From: Promethearchaeota archaeon
GTDB taxonomy: Archaea; Asgardarchaeota; Lokiarchaeia; Sigyniarchaeales; SOKP01
Length of the DNA stretch: 64,000 nucleotides
Direction: 5' to 3'
NCBI GenBank assembly: GCA_019058365.1
Contig: JAHPZE010000005.1
Location: 1 to 64,000, forward strand
Shown: positions 51,514 through 61,237 of the stretch, piece by piece
Numbering within the stretch: the stretch's first letter is position 1
Layout: each line of letters starts with the position of its first letter
Made by a program: the position numbers and the translations under genes
The notes under the pieces: model-generated
What the model saw: only the letters and a program-made list of their open reading frames with translations
Databases searched by the model: none
Told to the model about the DNA's origin: nothing

Positions 51514-52713
51514 TTGAGTATAATAATTGATGAGGAATTGTGTACTGGGTGCGCTAGCTGTAAGGAGAGTTGCATTTATGGAGCTATTGAATTAGAAAAC
51601 AATATAGCAAAGGTTCTACCTAATTGTACATTATGTGGAGCATGTGTAGAAACTTGTCCCGAAGAAGCAATTTCATTGGAACGGGGTGACGTTAAAGCTC
51701 AAAAAATGGATCTCTCCCTATTTAAAGGCGTTTGGATTATTGCAGAACATTACAATAAAAAAATTAATAATGTTTCATTACAACTACTAAGTAAAGGACG
51801 AGAATTAGCTGATATCTTAAAAGTAAATTTATCACTTATTATATTAGGAGCTAGTTTCGATGATAAATTAGAAGAGCTTAGCCTATATGGAATGGATGAG
51901 ATCATATATATTAAATCACCGATTTTGAAGGATTACTATTCAGATTTATATACAAAAGTAATTACAGAATTAGTATTAGAAAACAAACCTGAAATTATAT
52001 TAATTGGGGCTACCCCTACCGGAAGAGATTTTGCCCCTAGAGTGGCAAAAAGACTTAATGCTGGGTTAACAGCAGACTGTACGGGATTAGAGATAGATCT
52101 TGAAGCAGGAAATCTACTTCAAACTCGTCCAACATATGGTGGAGCGATTATGGCAACTATTAGAACACCTTCTAGTAGACCACAAATGGCAACTGTAAGA
52201 GCTGGCATTTTTAGTATGCCTGAAAAAGTGAAAAAAAAGGTAAATATTAGGAAAATTGAGTATGAATTTGAAGAGAAAGATTCAGTTTCAAAAATTGTAA
52301 AAGTAATAAGTAAAACAAAAACCAATGTTAACCTTGAGGATGCTAAAATTATAGTTGCTGGAGGGCGTGGTGTAGGTTCCAGAGAAGGATTTCGAGTTAT
52401 AGAAAAATTAGCAGAAGTTTTAGATGCTGAACTGGGAGGATCCAGGATAACTGTGGAATTAAATTGGTTAGATCCAGATAGACAAATAGGTCAGACAGGT
52501 AAAACCGTAACTCCAAAACTATATATTGCTTGTGGAATCTCTGGTGCGATTCAACATATAGTTGGAATGGAAAATTCAGAAATTGTTGTTGCAATAAATA
52601 AAGACCCTAATGCTCCGATATTTAATTGGTCGCATTATGGTATTGTTGGAGATCTTCATGAAATTATACCAGTTTTAATAGAGGAGATTAAAAAGATTAA
52701 AGTGGATGAATAG
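51514..52713 (+). CDS. etfA: Electron transfer flavoprotein alpha subunit with N-terminal 2x[4Fe-4S] ferredoxin domain
   Basis: CTGCASC..SC and CTLCGAC..CP, then GLTADCT, QIGQTGK and GISGAIQH. Confidence 0.96.
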   Translation: MSIIIDEELCTGCASCKESCIYGAIELENNIAKVLPNCTLCGACVETCPEEAISLERGDVKAQKMDLSLFKGVWIIAEHYNKKINNVSLQLLSKGRELADILKVNLSLIILGASFDDKLEELSLYGMDEIIYIKSPILKDYYSDLYTKVITELVLENKPEIILIGATPTGRDFAPRVAKRLNAGLTADCTGLEIDLEAGNLLQTRPTYGGAIMATIRTPSSRPQMATVRAGIFSMPEKVKKKVNIRKIEYEFEEKDSVSKIVKVISKTKTNVNLEDAKIIVAGGRGVGSREGFRVIEKLAEVLDAELGGSRITVELNWLDPDRQIGQTGKTVTPKLYIACGISGAIQHIVGMENSEIVVAINKDPNAPIFNWSHYGIVGDLHEIIPVLIEEIKKIKVDE

Positions 52714-52829
52714 TTTCAATATTGACTTATTTTATAATATTGATTATTGAATTATTTTCATTAGCATAATTTAATTATTCAATTTTATATCTATATTCAT
52801 TTAAAGTTGAAAATTTATGATGAATTAAG

Positions 52830-54311
52830 ATGAAAAAGTTAATTTATGCATATATGTCTGATTGCTCAGACCCAAAAGATTTAATCCTTGCAGCAAGCAT
52901 TCGTAAATTTGGTGGTTCTTTGTCAGATAATCCAATATGGGTGTTAATTCCAAAAGCAGTAGAAAGTGTTACTAAGGAAATGAGAGACTTGTTTTTATCA
53001 ATGAATGTTGAACTTATTTCTTTTTCACCTGAGGATGAGCTAATTTTTCCATTTATTACATATGTTCATGCTGCTGCAAATGCTGAATTATTAGCGAAAG
53101 AAAAGACAAAACTTCTTGCATGGCTTGGTTCAAATACAATAATTTTTAATGAGCCAAAACACTTTCTTTTAGATGAAAATAAGAATTTAGGATATCGGCC
53201 AGTTCATCACACTAATATTGGGTCATTTTTTGATGAGCCAATCGATCCATTTTGGGAACAAGTATATCAAAAATGTAATGTATCTAAAGAACAGATTTTT
53301 CCAATGAAAACACACATAGACCATAACAAGCTTCGACCTTACTTTAATGCGGGTTGTTTAATTATTAGACCCGAGAAAGGACTACTTCAATCATGGTGGA
53401 ATTTTTATAAATATTTATTTAATGAACAAAACTTTAAAGATTATTACAATAAGAACTACATTTATGCCATTTTCATTCATCAGGCAATTTTATCAGGTGT
53501 GATTCTCTCAACTATGGAACGATCCGAACTTTATGAACTCCCTTTTGACTATAATTATCCATTAAATCTATATTACAACTGTCCGGTTGTTTATCGGGCC
53601 AAAAATGTCAACAAATTAATTACAGTTCGTTATGAGGATCCAGAAGATCTTAAAAAAGTTCCACTTCAAGATCCTTTGAAAAGTTGGCTAATAAATCAAA
53701 TAGATAACTTCTTCATAAAAACATTATCCTCTGCTGAGAAAGTTAAATTCGGAAAAGTTTCTTTAGTCTATCCTATCCCGATCATTCTTGCTGGAGCACT
53801 TGTTAATAATCAACCTAATTTTGAGACATTGGGAGACGTTGGAATTATGAGTATTAAACCTCCACTTGTTTACATTTCTTCAGGTCAAAATCATTATACA
53901 AATCAAGGAATTCTCGAAAACAAAACCTTTAGTATAAATTTTCCAACCACTCACCTTCTTGTAAAAACTGATTATTGTGGAGTAGCATCTGGAAATGAAG
54001 TGGATAAATCACAATTATTTAACTTATTTTATGGTGAATTAGAAACAGCACCCATGATACGAGAATGCCCTGTGAATTTAGAATGTAAAGTTATCAAGGA
54101 ATTCTCTATTCAACATAGACAGATATTTATTGGAGATGTTGTACAATCTTATGTGAGTGAAGATTTTGTGATTAAAAGCGAAGAAGGACAGATAATTGCA
54201 GATATGGCAAAACTAGATCCAATTATCTACGCATTAGATAATCGTTATTACAAAATTGGTGAAATAATCGGAACGGGATACCAAGAAAGCAAGAAATTCA
54301 AACAGGACTAA
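52830..54311 (+). CDS. Fusion of GT-A (GT8-like) domain and flavin reductase-like FMN-binding domain
   Basis: N-part: ASIRKFGG, PYFNAG, HQAIL, ELPFDYNYP. C-part: YPIP, PP....S...HYT..GI....FSINFP, DYCG..SG..DK, APMIRECP..LEC. Confidence 0.7.
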   Translation: MKKLIYAYMSDCSDPKDLILAASIRKFGGSLSDNPIWVLIPKAVESVTKEMRDLFLSMNVELISFSPEDELIFPFITYVHAAANAELLAKEKTKLLAWLGSNTIIFNEPKHFLLDENKNLGYRPVHHTNIGSFFDEPIDPFWEQVYQKCNVSKEQIFPMKTHIDHNKLRPYFNAGCLIIRPEKGLLQSWWNFYKYLFNEQNFKDYYNKNYIYAIFIHQAILSGVILSTMERSELYELPFDYNYPLNLYYNCPVVYRAKNVNKLITVRYEDPEDLKKVPLQDPLKSWLINQIDNFFIKTLSSAEKVKFGKVSLVYPIPIILAGALVNNQPNFETLGDVGIMSIKPPLVYISSGQNHYTNQGILENKTFSINFPTTHLLVKTDYCGVASGNEVDKSQLFNLFYGELETAPMIRECPVNLECKVIKEFSIQHRQIFIGDVVQSYVSEDFVIKSEEGQIIADMAKLDPIIYALDNRYYKIGEIIGTGYQESKKFKQD

Positions 54312-54332
54312 TTGAAGTTTAAAGAAATCTGA

Positions 54333-54401
54333 GCTCAAAAAATAGAGATCTCCCAATTTAAAGATATTTGGGTAATTGCAGAATTTTATAAAAAAAAATA
54401 G
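54333..54401 (+). pseudogene. Short remnant of a second etfA copy
   Basis: AQKIEISQFKDIWVIAEFYKKK* versus etfA AQKMDLSLFKGVWIIAEHYNKK. Confidence 0.7.
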
Positions 54402-55027
54402 TGTAATGGAATGCATTTTAGTATTATTCGTGGAGGAATAAATTATGGCCTAAAAAAAACATTCCACTACTAGAAAAAAACTAATATTTTTTTCTAATAT
54501 ACATCTAGTCACCCATCCTAATAAATGTTTCGTGAATTTAATGAACGTTCTGTTCTATTATTGCGTGAATTGTATTGCTATGATATTAACATGCGATTAG
54601 GTTTTTGATTTTTATATAATACTTCCTTATTTTAAAAATAAAAGCTAAAACAGTTCATAATTTTAATTAAAAAACAAAATTTTTCTTAAAAAATATGAAT
54701 AATAAATCGTTTTTTATGAAAAAGCTTATCCGAATTTTTGCACAAATTGTTAATCCACTTCATTTTAATAAAATAATTTTAAATTTTATTAAGATCTTAA
54801 TAAGAATAGAATCCCAATATGTCAATCATAGATCTTATTTCTCTAAAATTTATAACTCTAATCTCTCTAGACCTTCTTAATATCCTGCATTTTGCTTTTA
54901 TGACACTTTCCTTAAAATTTACTTGAAAATCTTAAAATAAAAGAGCACTTATTTACGAATTTCTGTTAATTTGTGAAAACAATTATAGAAGTAAGAAAAT
55001 AAAAAAAAGTTAATTATAAATTTGAAT

Positions 55028-58000
55028 TTATGATGGACGTTTTGTTAAAATTTTGCCTTTCTTCTTCAAGACATATACTACAACGACAGCACCAGCTGCT
55101 GCTGGGATACCTATTGCTAATGCGAGTATTAATGCTGGATCTAATGGTGGTGTATAAGATGCTCTCAAATCACTTGTTGTGAGTAGTACGGTATCATATT
55201 GGCTTAAGGAAAGATAAAAAGATACATTATTTCCAGCATCTGCGTCAACTTCAAATAGTAGAGTAAAATGATCAGAGAAAACTCCAAACTCATAAGTATA
55301 ATTATAATCAACGTTTGTAATAGGACTGAAGGATTTCGATTCTTGATTGGGGCCAGTAGTGCTAATCCAAGGAAGGTCTTGGAGTATATAAAGATCATAG
55401 TCACCTAAACCTAAACCTTTTACGGTAGCAACTAATTGTGTCCATTGATAGGGTTCACCAACACATTCAAGAACAAAATAGCTTTCACCACCATAGGGAA
55501 GAAGACTTTCAGTATGGTTATATTCCATTGTTAATCCGTAATCATAGATATCCCCAGTAATATTTGAATATCCAGTTAGTGTAAAGTTTTTTATATCAAT
55601 TGCATGAAGCTTTGGAGTAGGGGTTAAATCTTGAATATTATAGGTTGCATGTGGTGCATAATCCCAGTAATTCTCGACAGCAAACTGAACAGAAACTGAA
55701 CCATTATAATCCCATTGTTCGGGAACAATTAATAGTCTATATGTTCCTCCTTCAGGACCAATAGTCCATGGATCTGACGATGGATTATCAATAATAAAAG
55801 ATTCTCTACTATCAAAGTTATAGATACCACTATCATCATCATCCAAACTCACTTCTAAACCAATTTCTTGACCACTTGGATTACCAGGCTGAATTATACC
55901 GCTTGGCCCCCAATAATCATCGTATTCGTATCCACTTTCTCCTATAAGAATGTATCGTAAATCTCCTCTTATAGTATTGTTTAATAAAGTCAACTCTTGT
56001 ATAATAGGTACAGTTGAATAATCTCCAGAACAACGTATTGCCATCCAATAATAGTCACTTTCATCCACATCAGGATCTAAATCATCATCAGCTCCTTTAG
56101 TCCAACCATTAAAATCAGCATCAGATATATCTAATTCAATAGTACCATCCGCGGTAAAACCAGTAGTACCATCATTGTCCATAGAAAGTGTACCCCATGC
56201 AGGATCAGTATAAACTAGAGGTGTAGCAATAGATCCTGCCACTCCTGGAACTGAAAAGTCAAATGTCATTCCAGTCCATCTTGTTGGGGCTCCGATATAT
56301 AAGTAATCATTTACTTCACTGTCCATACCATCGGTAGAAAAAGCAGGATACGGATAGTCAGAGGTATAAAATTGTAAATCTGTATCGTTTAAAGTATAAA
56401 GATGTGAAGGAATGCTACTTATAGCCGCTCCATCATTATCTGTTACCCACATTGTTGTATTTAATCTACACTGACCATAATCTGGAATAACAATATCAAC
56501 ACCTACTGGATTTTTAAGACTTGCGAACTCCGCATCTGGTTGAAACTCAATAGTAACAAATTCTGTTGGTGACTTTTTGGGATAGGTTAAAGTATTAACT
56601 GGAATAGATTCATCAGATAAGGGATAAACTTGTGTACTAACCCTAAAAAGCCCATTTGCAAAAGGATTTGTGTTTTTAATGACACCTATATAAGTTCCAG
56701 CAGGCATGTAATGCCAGCGCAAAACGGTTGAGTCTACTGTCCTCGTAAGAATAGGTTCATTAATATCATAACACATAAATTCCTTTGAATCTCTGAAAAT
56801 AAAATCATTTAGATTTCCTAATGAATTCAAAACTGGTGCTCCAAGAGGATTAGGCAAACTAGTATAATTAAAACGTACGATTGAATCTTCTCTAACTGTA
56901 AATTGTATTGTTTTAGCTTCTTCCATAGAAATGCTAAATATAGTTGTATCGCCTAATGTATACCCTTCATTGCTAGCTTTTGTTAAGAATAATGTATATC
57001 TATACCAATCCCCAAAATCGTCATCAGTTAATGAGATGTAAGCAGCACCACTTTTAGCAAAATATATCTCATGAGATCCAGTACCAACATTACCATCTAA
57101 AATATAGCCATTAGCACATGGAGTCCAAATGTCTATTCTTGGAGTAAATCCAGTTGAAAATTCCTGATAAATATCTAGATTATACACCTCTCCTTTTTTT
57201 CCGTTAAATCTAAACCACTGTGATTGCCAATTAGCAATCTTAGTCACATCAAGAGTTCCATAATCATCAAAATTACCTCCAAATCCTACAGAGTTTAAAG
57301 ATAAGGAAGAAATATCAACATCTAAAAATTCTAGATTTAAAGAGGCAGGATCACTATAACCTGTTACAACTACAATTAAACGATAAGCACCAATTTCACT
57401 TGCGGAAAATAAAATATATTCATAAAGTGGATTAATTCCCATGAAATTTGTTACGTCATCATAACAATCAACAGTCTTTCCTGATGGTGAAATTAAATAA
57501 TAAACATATGAAACTGAACCCGGAATAGGCGTTATCCAATCTATTTTTAAAGCCTTTGGACCTGTACTTTTAACAATTAGATCAACTTGCATTGGATGTT
57601 CATAATTGAAAGATTGAGAAAAAACTCCGCCTTCTTGCATTGCATAATAATCAAAGACAGTACTTACTGTAAAAGGTGATAATGTTTCAGCTTCAGCATT
57701 ATATGCAGAAACATTTAACCATCTAACTTCATTCCATGGATCGATTTCATCATTAGATGATATACTGCCTATACCCCAATTAGCTAAGTCTGTGGGATAA
57801 TATAAAGAAATATCTTCACCTGGATAATTAACTATTTCTTCAGCAACAGTACCTCCTAACCAATTGGTTACTGTAAATTTACCTTGATTTGTTCCATCAA
57901 CATATAAAGCACCAACTGTATTAGGAGATGGAATTAACGCACCATAACCTTCTGGGCCAAGTTGGTCTTCCTTATCAAGATTAAAGACAGCGTTTTCTTG

Positions 58001-58105
58001 TATAGTTCTTGCTAATACATTAGATATCGTAATAGTGTTGAATAAAAGAAATAGGGATATTCCTAAAATCACAATTGCCTTTCTATTTTTAATTAAATTT
58101 TTCAT
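55028..58105 (-). CDS. Large secreted, membrane-anchored surface protein (beta-sandwich/PPC-like repeats)
   Basis: Signal peptide, acidic D/T/G/Y-rich body with many N-x-S/T sequons, and C-terminal TM plus KKKGK tail. Confidence 0.8.
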   Translation of the reverse strand: MKNLIKNRKAIVILGISLFLLFNTITISNVLARTIQENAVFNLDKEDQLGPEGYGALIPSPNTVGALYVDGTNQGKFTVTNWLGGTVAEEIVNYPGEDISLYYPTDLANWGIGSISSNDEIDPWNEVRWLNVSAYNAEAETLSPFTVSTVFDYYAMQEGGVFSQSFNYEHPMQVDLIVKSTGPKALKIDWITPIPGSVSYVYYLISPSGKTVDCYDDVTNFMGINPLYEYILFSASEIGAYRLIVVVTGYSDPASLNLEFLDVDISSLSLNSVGFGGNFDDYGTLDVTKIANWQSQWFRFNGKKGEVYNLDIYQEFSTGFTPRIDIWTPCANGYILDGNVGTGSHEIYFAKSGAAYISLTDDDFGDWYRYTLFLTKASNEGYTLGDTTIFSISMEEAKTIQFTVREDSIVRFNYTSLPNPLGAPVLNSLGNLNDFIFRDSKEFMCYDINEPILTRTVDSTVLRWHYMPAGTYIGVIKNTNPFANGLFRVSTQVYPLSDESIPVNTLTYPKKSPTEFVTIEFQPDAEFASLKNPVGVDIVIPDYGQCRLNTTMWVTDNDGAAISSIPSHLYTLNDTDLQFYTSDYPYPAFSTDGMDSEVNDYLYIGAPTRWTGMTFDFSVPGVAGSIATPLVYTDPAWGTLSMDNDGTTGFTADGTIELDISDADFNGWTKGADDDLDPDVDESDYYWMAIRCSGDYSTVPIIQELTLLNNTIRGDLRYILIGESGYEYDDYWGPSGIIQPGNPSGQEIGLEVSLDDDDSGIYNFDSRESFIIDNPSSDPWTIGPEGGTYRLLIVPEQWDYNGSVSVQFAVENYWDYAPHATYNIQDLTPTPKLHAIDIKNFTLTGYSNITGDIYDYGLTMEYNHTESLLPYGGESYFVLECVGEPYQWTQLVATVKGLGLGDYDLYILQDLPWISTTGPNQESKSFSPITNVDYNYTYEFGVFSDHFTLLFEVDADAGNNVSFYLSLSQYDTVLLTTSDLRASYTPPLDPALILALAIGIPAAAGAVVVVYVLKKKGKILTKRPS

Positions 58106-58384
58106 TTTTTTTCATTTTATTTTTTATTATAGATCTAAAAAACGATCTGTAAGCTAATAATTAGTAATTTGAATATTTAAATAAAGGGGTATAATTTTAC
58201 ACATATTTGACTAAATATTAAAGAAGAATAAGCCCTAACTATGAAGTTCTGATTTTAATTTTCTTAAAGAAGATATAAATAAATTTCCAATGATAAATTC
58301 ACTTAAATTTATTAAGTAAATGGATTGTTTTTATATTATCATATCTGGTTGAAATTTATTTCAAAATTTATTATATGATTTATA

Positions 58385-58900
58385 ATGTCTAGTGAAGAAT
58401 CTGGTAAACATTATGTACCTTTTGTGGGACTTCTCGAGGATTATGTAGGCCGTTCTCCTATGGATTATTATAGTTGGGGACATATTGCTTTTGGAATCGC
58501 TAGTTTTGCGATCTTTTCATTAATTATTACTTTATGGGAATTGTTCGTTGGACCCGCACCAATATCATGGTATTTTATTCTTATCTTTGTTCTTGTTGTT
58601 GGTGTCGGCTGGGAGATAATAGAAAATACAATACTCTTGAAATTAGGTTTAAAGTATGAAAATAGAAAGGATTCTTTTGTCAATGCTTTTTTTGATATAA
58701 TCTTTGTTATTGGTGGCGGTGCAGCTACATGGTTAATGAAATGGATAATTATGGATGTTATGGGTGAAAGAGGACGATGGTTTTATGTGTCAGCACTTAT
58801 ATCTTTCTTAATTATGTTAATTTCCTATTTCATTGGATTCTATATTACAAATGAGACCACAAAGAAAGCAAGAAAAGAACATGGGAAAGTTATTAGTTAG
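58385..58900 (+). CDS. Membrane protein, DUF2585-like
   Basis: DYYSWGH...G, WEIIEN and DS..N...D conserved polar motifs within TM helices. Confidence 0.65.
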   Translation: MSSEESGKHYVPFVGLLEDYVGRSPMDYYSWGHIAFGIASFAIFSLIITLWELFVGPAPISWYFILIFVLVVGVGWEIIENTILLKLGLKYENRKDSFVNAFFDIIFVIGGGAATWLMKWIIMDVMGERGRWFYVSALISFLIMLISYFIGFYITNETTKKARKEHGKVIS

Positions 58901-58932
58901 AATTTTTTAAAATCCTTCTTTTTTTTAATTTT

Positions 58933-59727
58933 TCATCTTCCTTTTAAAATACTGTTTTCGAAAGCAAATAAAGCAGCCCCTACTGCTCCAGTTAATTGTG
59001 GAGAAGGTGGTATTAAAATATTACCATTAATTTCACTTTTTAAGATTTCTCCAATAATGGAATTATAAGCTATTAATCCTCCCGTAAGAACTACAGTACC
59101 CTCTAATTCTGTCATTTCGATAATTCTTTTTATTACAGACCCAAACGCGCTTTTAATTAAATCTTCAATTTTTTCTCCCTCTTTAATTCGAGTAAGAATT
59201 TCTGTCTTGGCAAAAACTGTACAAAAGCTAGCAAGAGGTAGATTTGAGGTAGATTTAGTTGCTAAATTATTTAACTCTTTCAATGGAATATCAAGACGAT
59301 AAGCAATTTCTTCTATGAATGCCCCCGTGCCTGCAGCACATTTCCGATTCATTTTGAACCTTATAATTTTTCCTTGCTCATCAAGTTTAATGACCTTAGT
59401 ATCCTGACCTCCAATATCAACAATTGTGATTTTCTGTGGAAAATAGTGATAAGCACCTTTTGCATGACAACTAATTTCAGTCTTATTAGTGTTAGCGAAA
59501 GAAACTTTATCTTTTCCATAACCTGTTGCTGTAATATGCTTTATAGAATTATTTGATAATGAAGCATTAGATAGGGTATTTTCAAAAGCAAATTTGCTTG
59601 ATTTTTCTATAGAAGTACCAGTACGTTTAACAAAAGAGCTTACAATCTCTTTATTACCATTTAATACTACAGATTTTACATATGAGGTTCCTACATCGAT
59701 ACCTACAAAGAAAAATTCATTAAGCAT
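58933..59727 (-). CDS. HgdC-like acyl-CoA dehydratase activase (BadF/BadG/BcrA/BcrD ASKHA ATPase)
   Basis: GIDVGTS, ATGYG, EISCH, DIGGQD, MNRKCAAGTG and CTVFA. Confidence 0.93.
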   Translation of the reverse strand: MLNEFFFVGIDVGTSYVKSVVLNGNKEIVSSFVKRTGTSIEKSSKFAFENTLSNASLSNNSIKHITATGYGKDKVSFANTNKTEISCHAKGAYHYFPQKITIVDIGGQDTKVIKLDEQGKIIRFKMNRKCAAGTGAFIEEIAYRLDIPLKELNNLATKSTSNLPLASFCTVFAKTEILTRIKEGEKIEDLIKSAFGSVIKRIIEMTELEGTVVLTGGLIAYNSIIGEILKSEINGNILIPPSPQLTGAVGAALFAFENSILKGR

Positions 59728-59752
59728 AATTATACGATATTAGAATTATAAA

Positions 59753-60700
59753 CTAATCATGATTTATTGGAGGTAATTCACATCCTCTAATTAAGGATAC
59801 GAAAATTTTGTTATATGGTGTAGGTATTCCTTCGATTTCTCCATATTCAACTATTTTTCCATTAAGAAATCCAATTTCTGATGGATGACCCGCATTAATA
59901 TCTGCCTCCATTGAAACTCTGTGGTGACCTGCTTTATCCAGATAACTCATACCTTTATTTAAAAAATCTGAATCGAAGTTTATACCACGTGCTCGTGCAA
60001 CCTCTATTCCCTCACGTAGTATTTCTCTACATATTTCTCGTGTTTCCGTAAATTCCATTGTTTGCTTCATAGTAGTTCTCGTGGTAACACAAACAGGACT
60101 TATTGTATTGAGTATACATTTTGTCCATTCAAACTTTTTTATTTCTGGAGTAAAGATAGTCTCTAATCCAGTAGAGTTGATGATTTCTGCTATATGTTTG
60201 GCTTTATCTTCTGCTTCTGAGGATATTACACCTAAATAGTTTGGTGGGTTAAAAAATGACATTCTTATAATACCATTGTCTATAATATTTCCAGCATAGT
60301 TGACAACAATACGAGCTGCATTTTCTTTTTCTACATACTCTGCAATAAGTTCCTCGGTATCAAACCCATTTTGTAAACTAATTAAAGTTGTCTTAGGTTC
60401 CATAACTTTTTTAATTTTTGGTAAAATTTCATTAAGATAATATGCCTTCACAGCGATAAATAAAGTATCTACTTCTTTATTTTCCAGCTCATCTATAGAA
60501 TAACATATGTTTTCTTTTGGGAATTTGACCTTGAATTGTTTTAGATTTGTCAATGTTAATCCTTTCTTTTTTATCTTATCCATATGATTCTTATTAATAT
60601 CAACAAGAACCACATTGTGTCCTGCTTTAGCAAGATGAGCTGCTAAAATTCCACCAGTGGGACCAACACCAATTATTCCAAATTTATATTTTTTTACCAT
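59753..60700 (-). CDS. panE: Ketopantoate reductase (PanE/ApbA) family
   Basis: GVGPTGG, AVKAY, LQNG, W.K...N, SM..D....SEI..LNG and PTPYN. Confidence 0.85.
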   Translation of the reverse strand: MVKKYKFGIIGVGPTGGILAAHLAKAGHNVVLVDINKNHMDKIKKKGLTLTNLKQFKVKFPKENICYSIDELENKEVDTLFIAVKAYYLNEILPKIKKVMEPKTTLISLQNGFDTEELIAEYVEKENAARIVVNYAGNIIDNGIIRMSFFNPPNYLGVISSEAEDKAKHIAEIINSTGLETIFTPEIKKFEWTKCILNTISPVCVTTRTTMKQTMEFTETREICREILREGIEVARARGINFDSDFLNKGMSYLDKAGHHRVSMEADINAGHPSEIGFLNGKIVEYGEIEGIPTPYNKIFVSLIRGCELPPINHD

Positions 60701-60733
60701 TTTTAATCGTTTTTAAAAAATCATAAAAAATTT

Positions 60734-61222
60734 CTATATAGATATCTCTAACAACTTTTTCATTAAGTCTGATAATTTTTCTGCCGCTATTCTTCTCTTA
60801 TTCAGATTTATAGTATTTGCATCTATAAATTGAAGTGCTCCGGGTATGCAAAATTTTACACATATAGGGTCACCCTCACAAAGATTACATTTTAAAATCT
60901 TTCTATTCTTATCAATTCCTACTCCACCAAGTGGACAGAACATTACACATAGTTTGCATCCTACACATAAATCTTCATCGATAATTACTGCCCCTGTTTT
61001 CTCGTTTCTACTTACAGCACCCATAGGACACACAGTTTCACAAATGGGTGTTTCACAATGTTGACAAATCATTGGTATATATAATCCAACAGTTTCCCAC
61101 TTTACGATATGAATTCTTGCTCGAGAGGGATTACTAACTTTTTCATGATAGAGAGAACATGCATTTTCACATAATCTGCATCCAGTACATTTTTCTGGGT
61201 CAACAAATAATATTTTTTGCAT
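60734..61222 (-). CDS. Polyferredoxin (4x[4Fe-4S]) electron-transfer subunit of AOR
   Basis: CTGCRLC, CQHC..P.C..VCP, CVGCKLC..FCP and KCNLC...P.C...C. Confidence 0.92.
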   Translation of the reverse strand: MQKILFVDPEKCTGCRLCENACSLYHEKVSNPSRARIHIVKWETVGLYIPMICQHCETPICETVCPMGAVSRNEKTGAVIIDEDLCVGCKLCVMFCPLGGVGIDKNRKILKCNLCEGDPICVKFCIPGALQFIDANTINLNKRRIAAEKLSDLMKKLLEISI

Positions 61223-61237
61223 TCAATATACCTCGTT

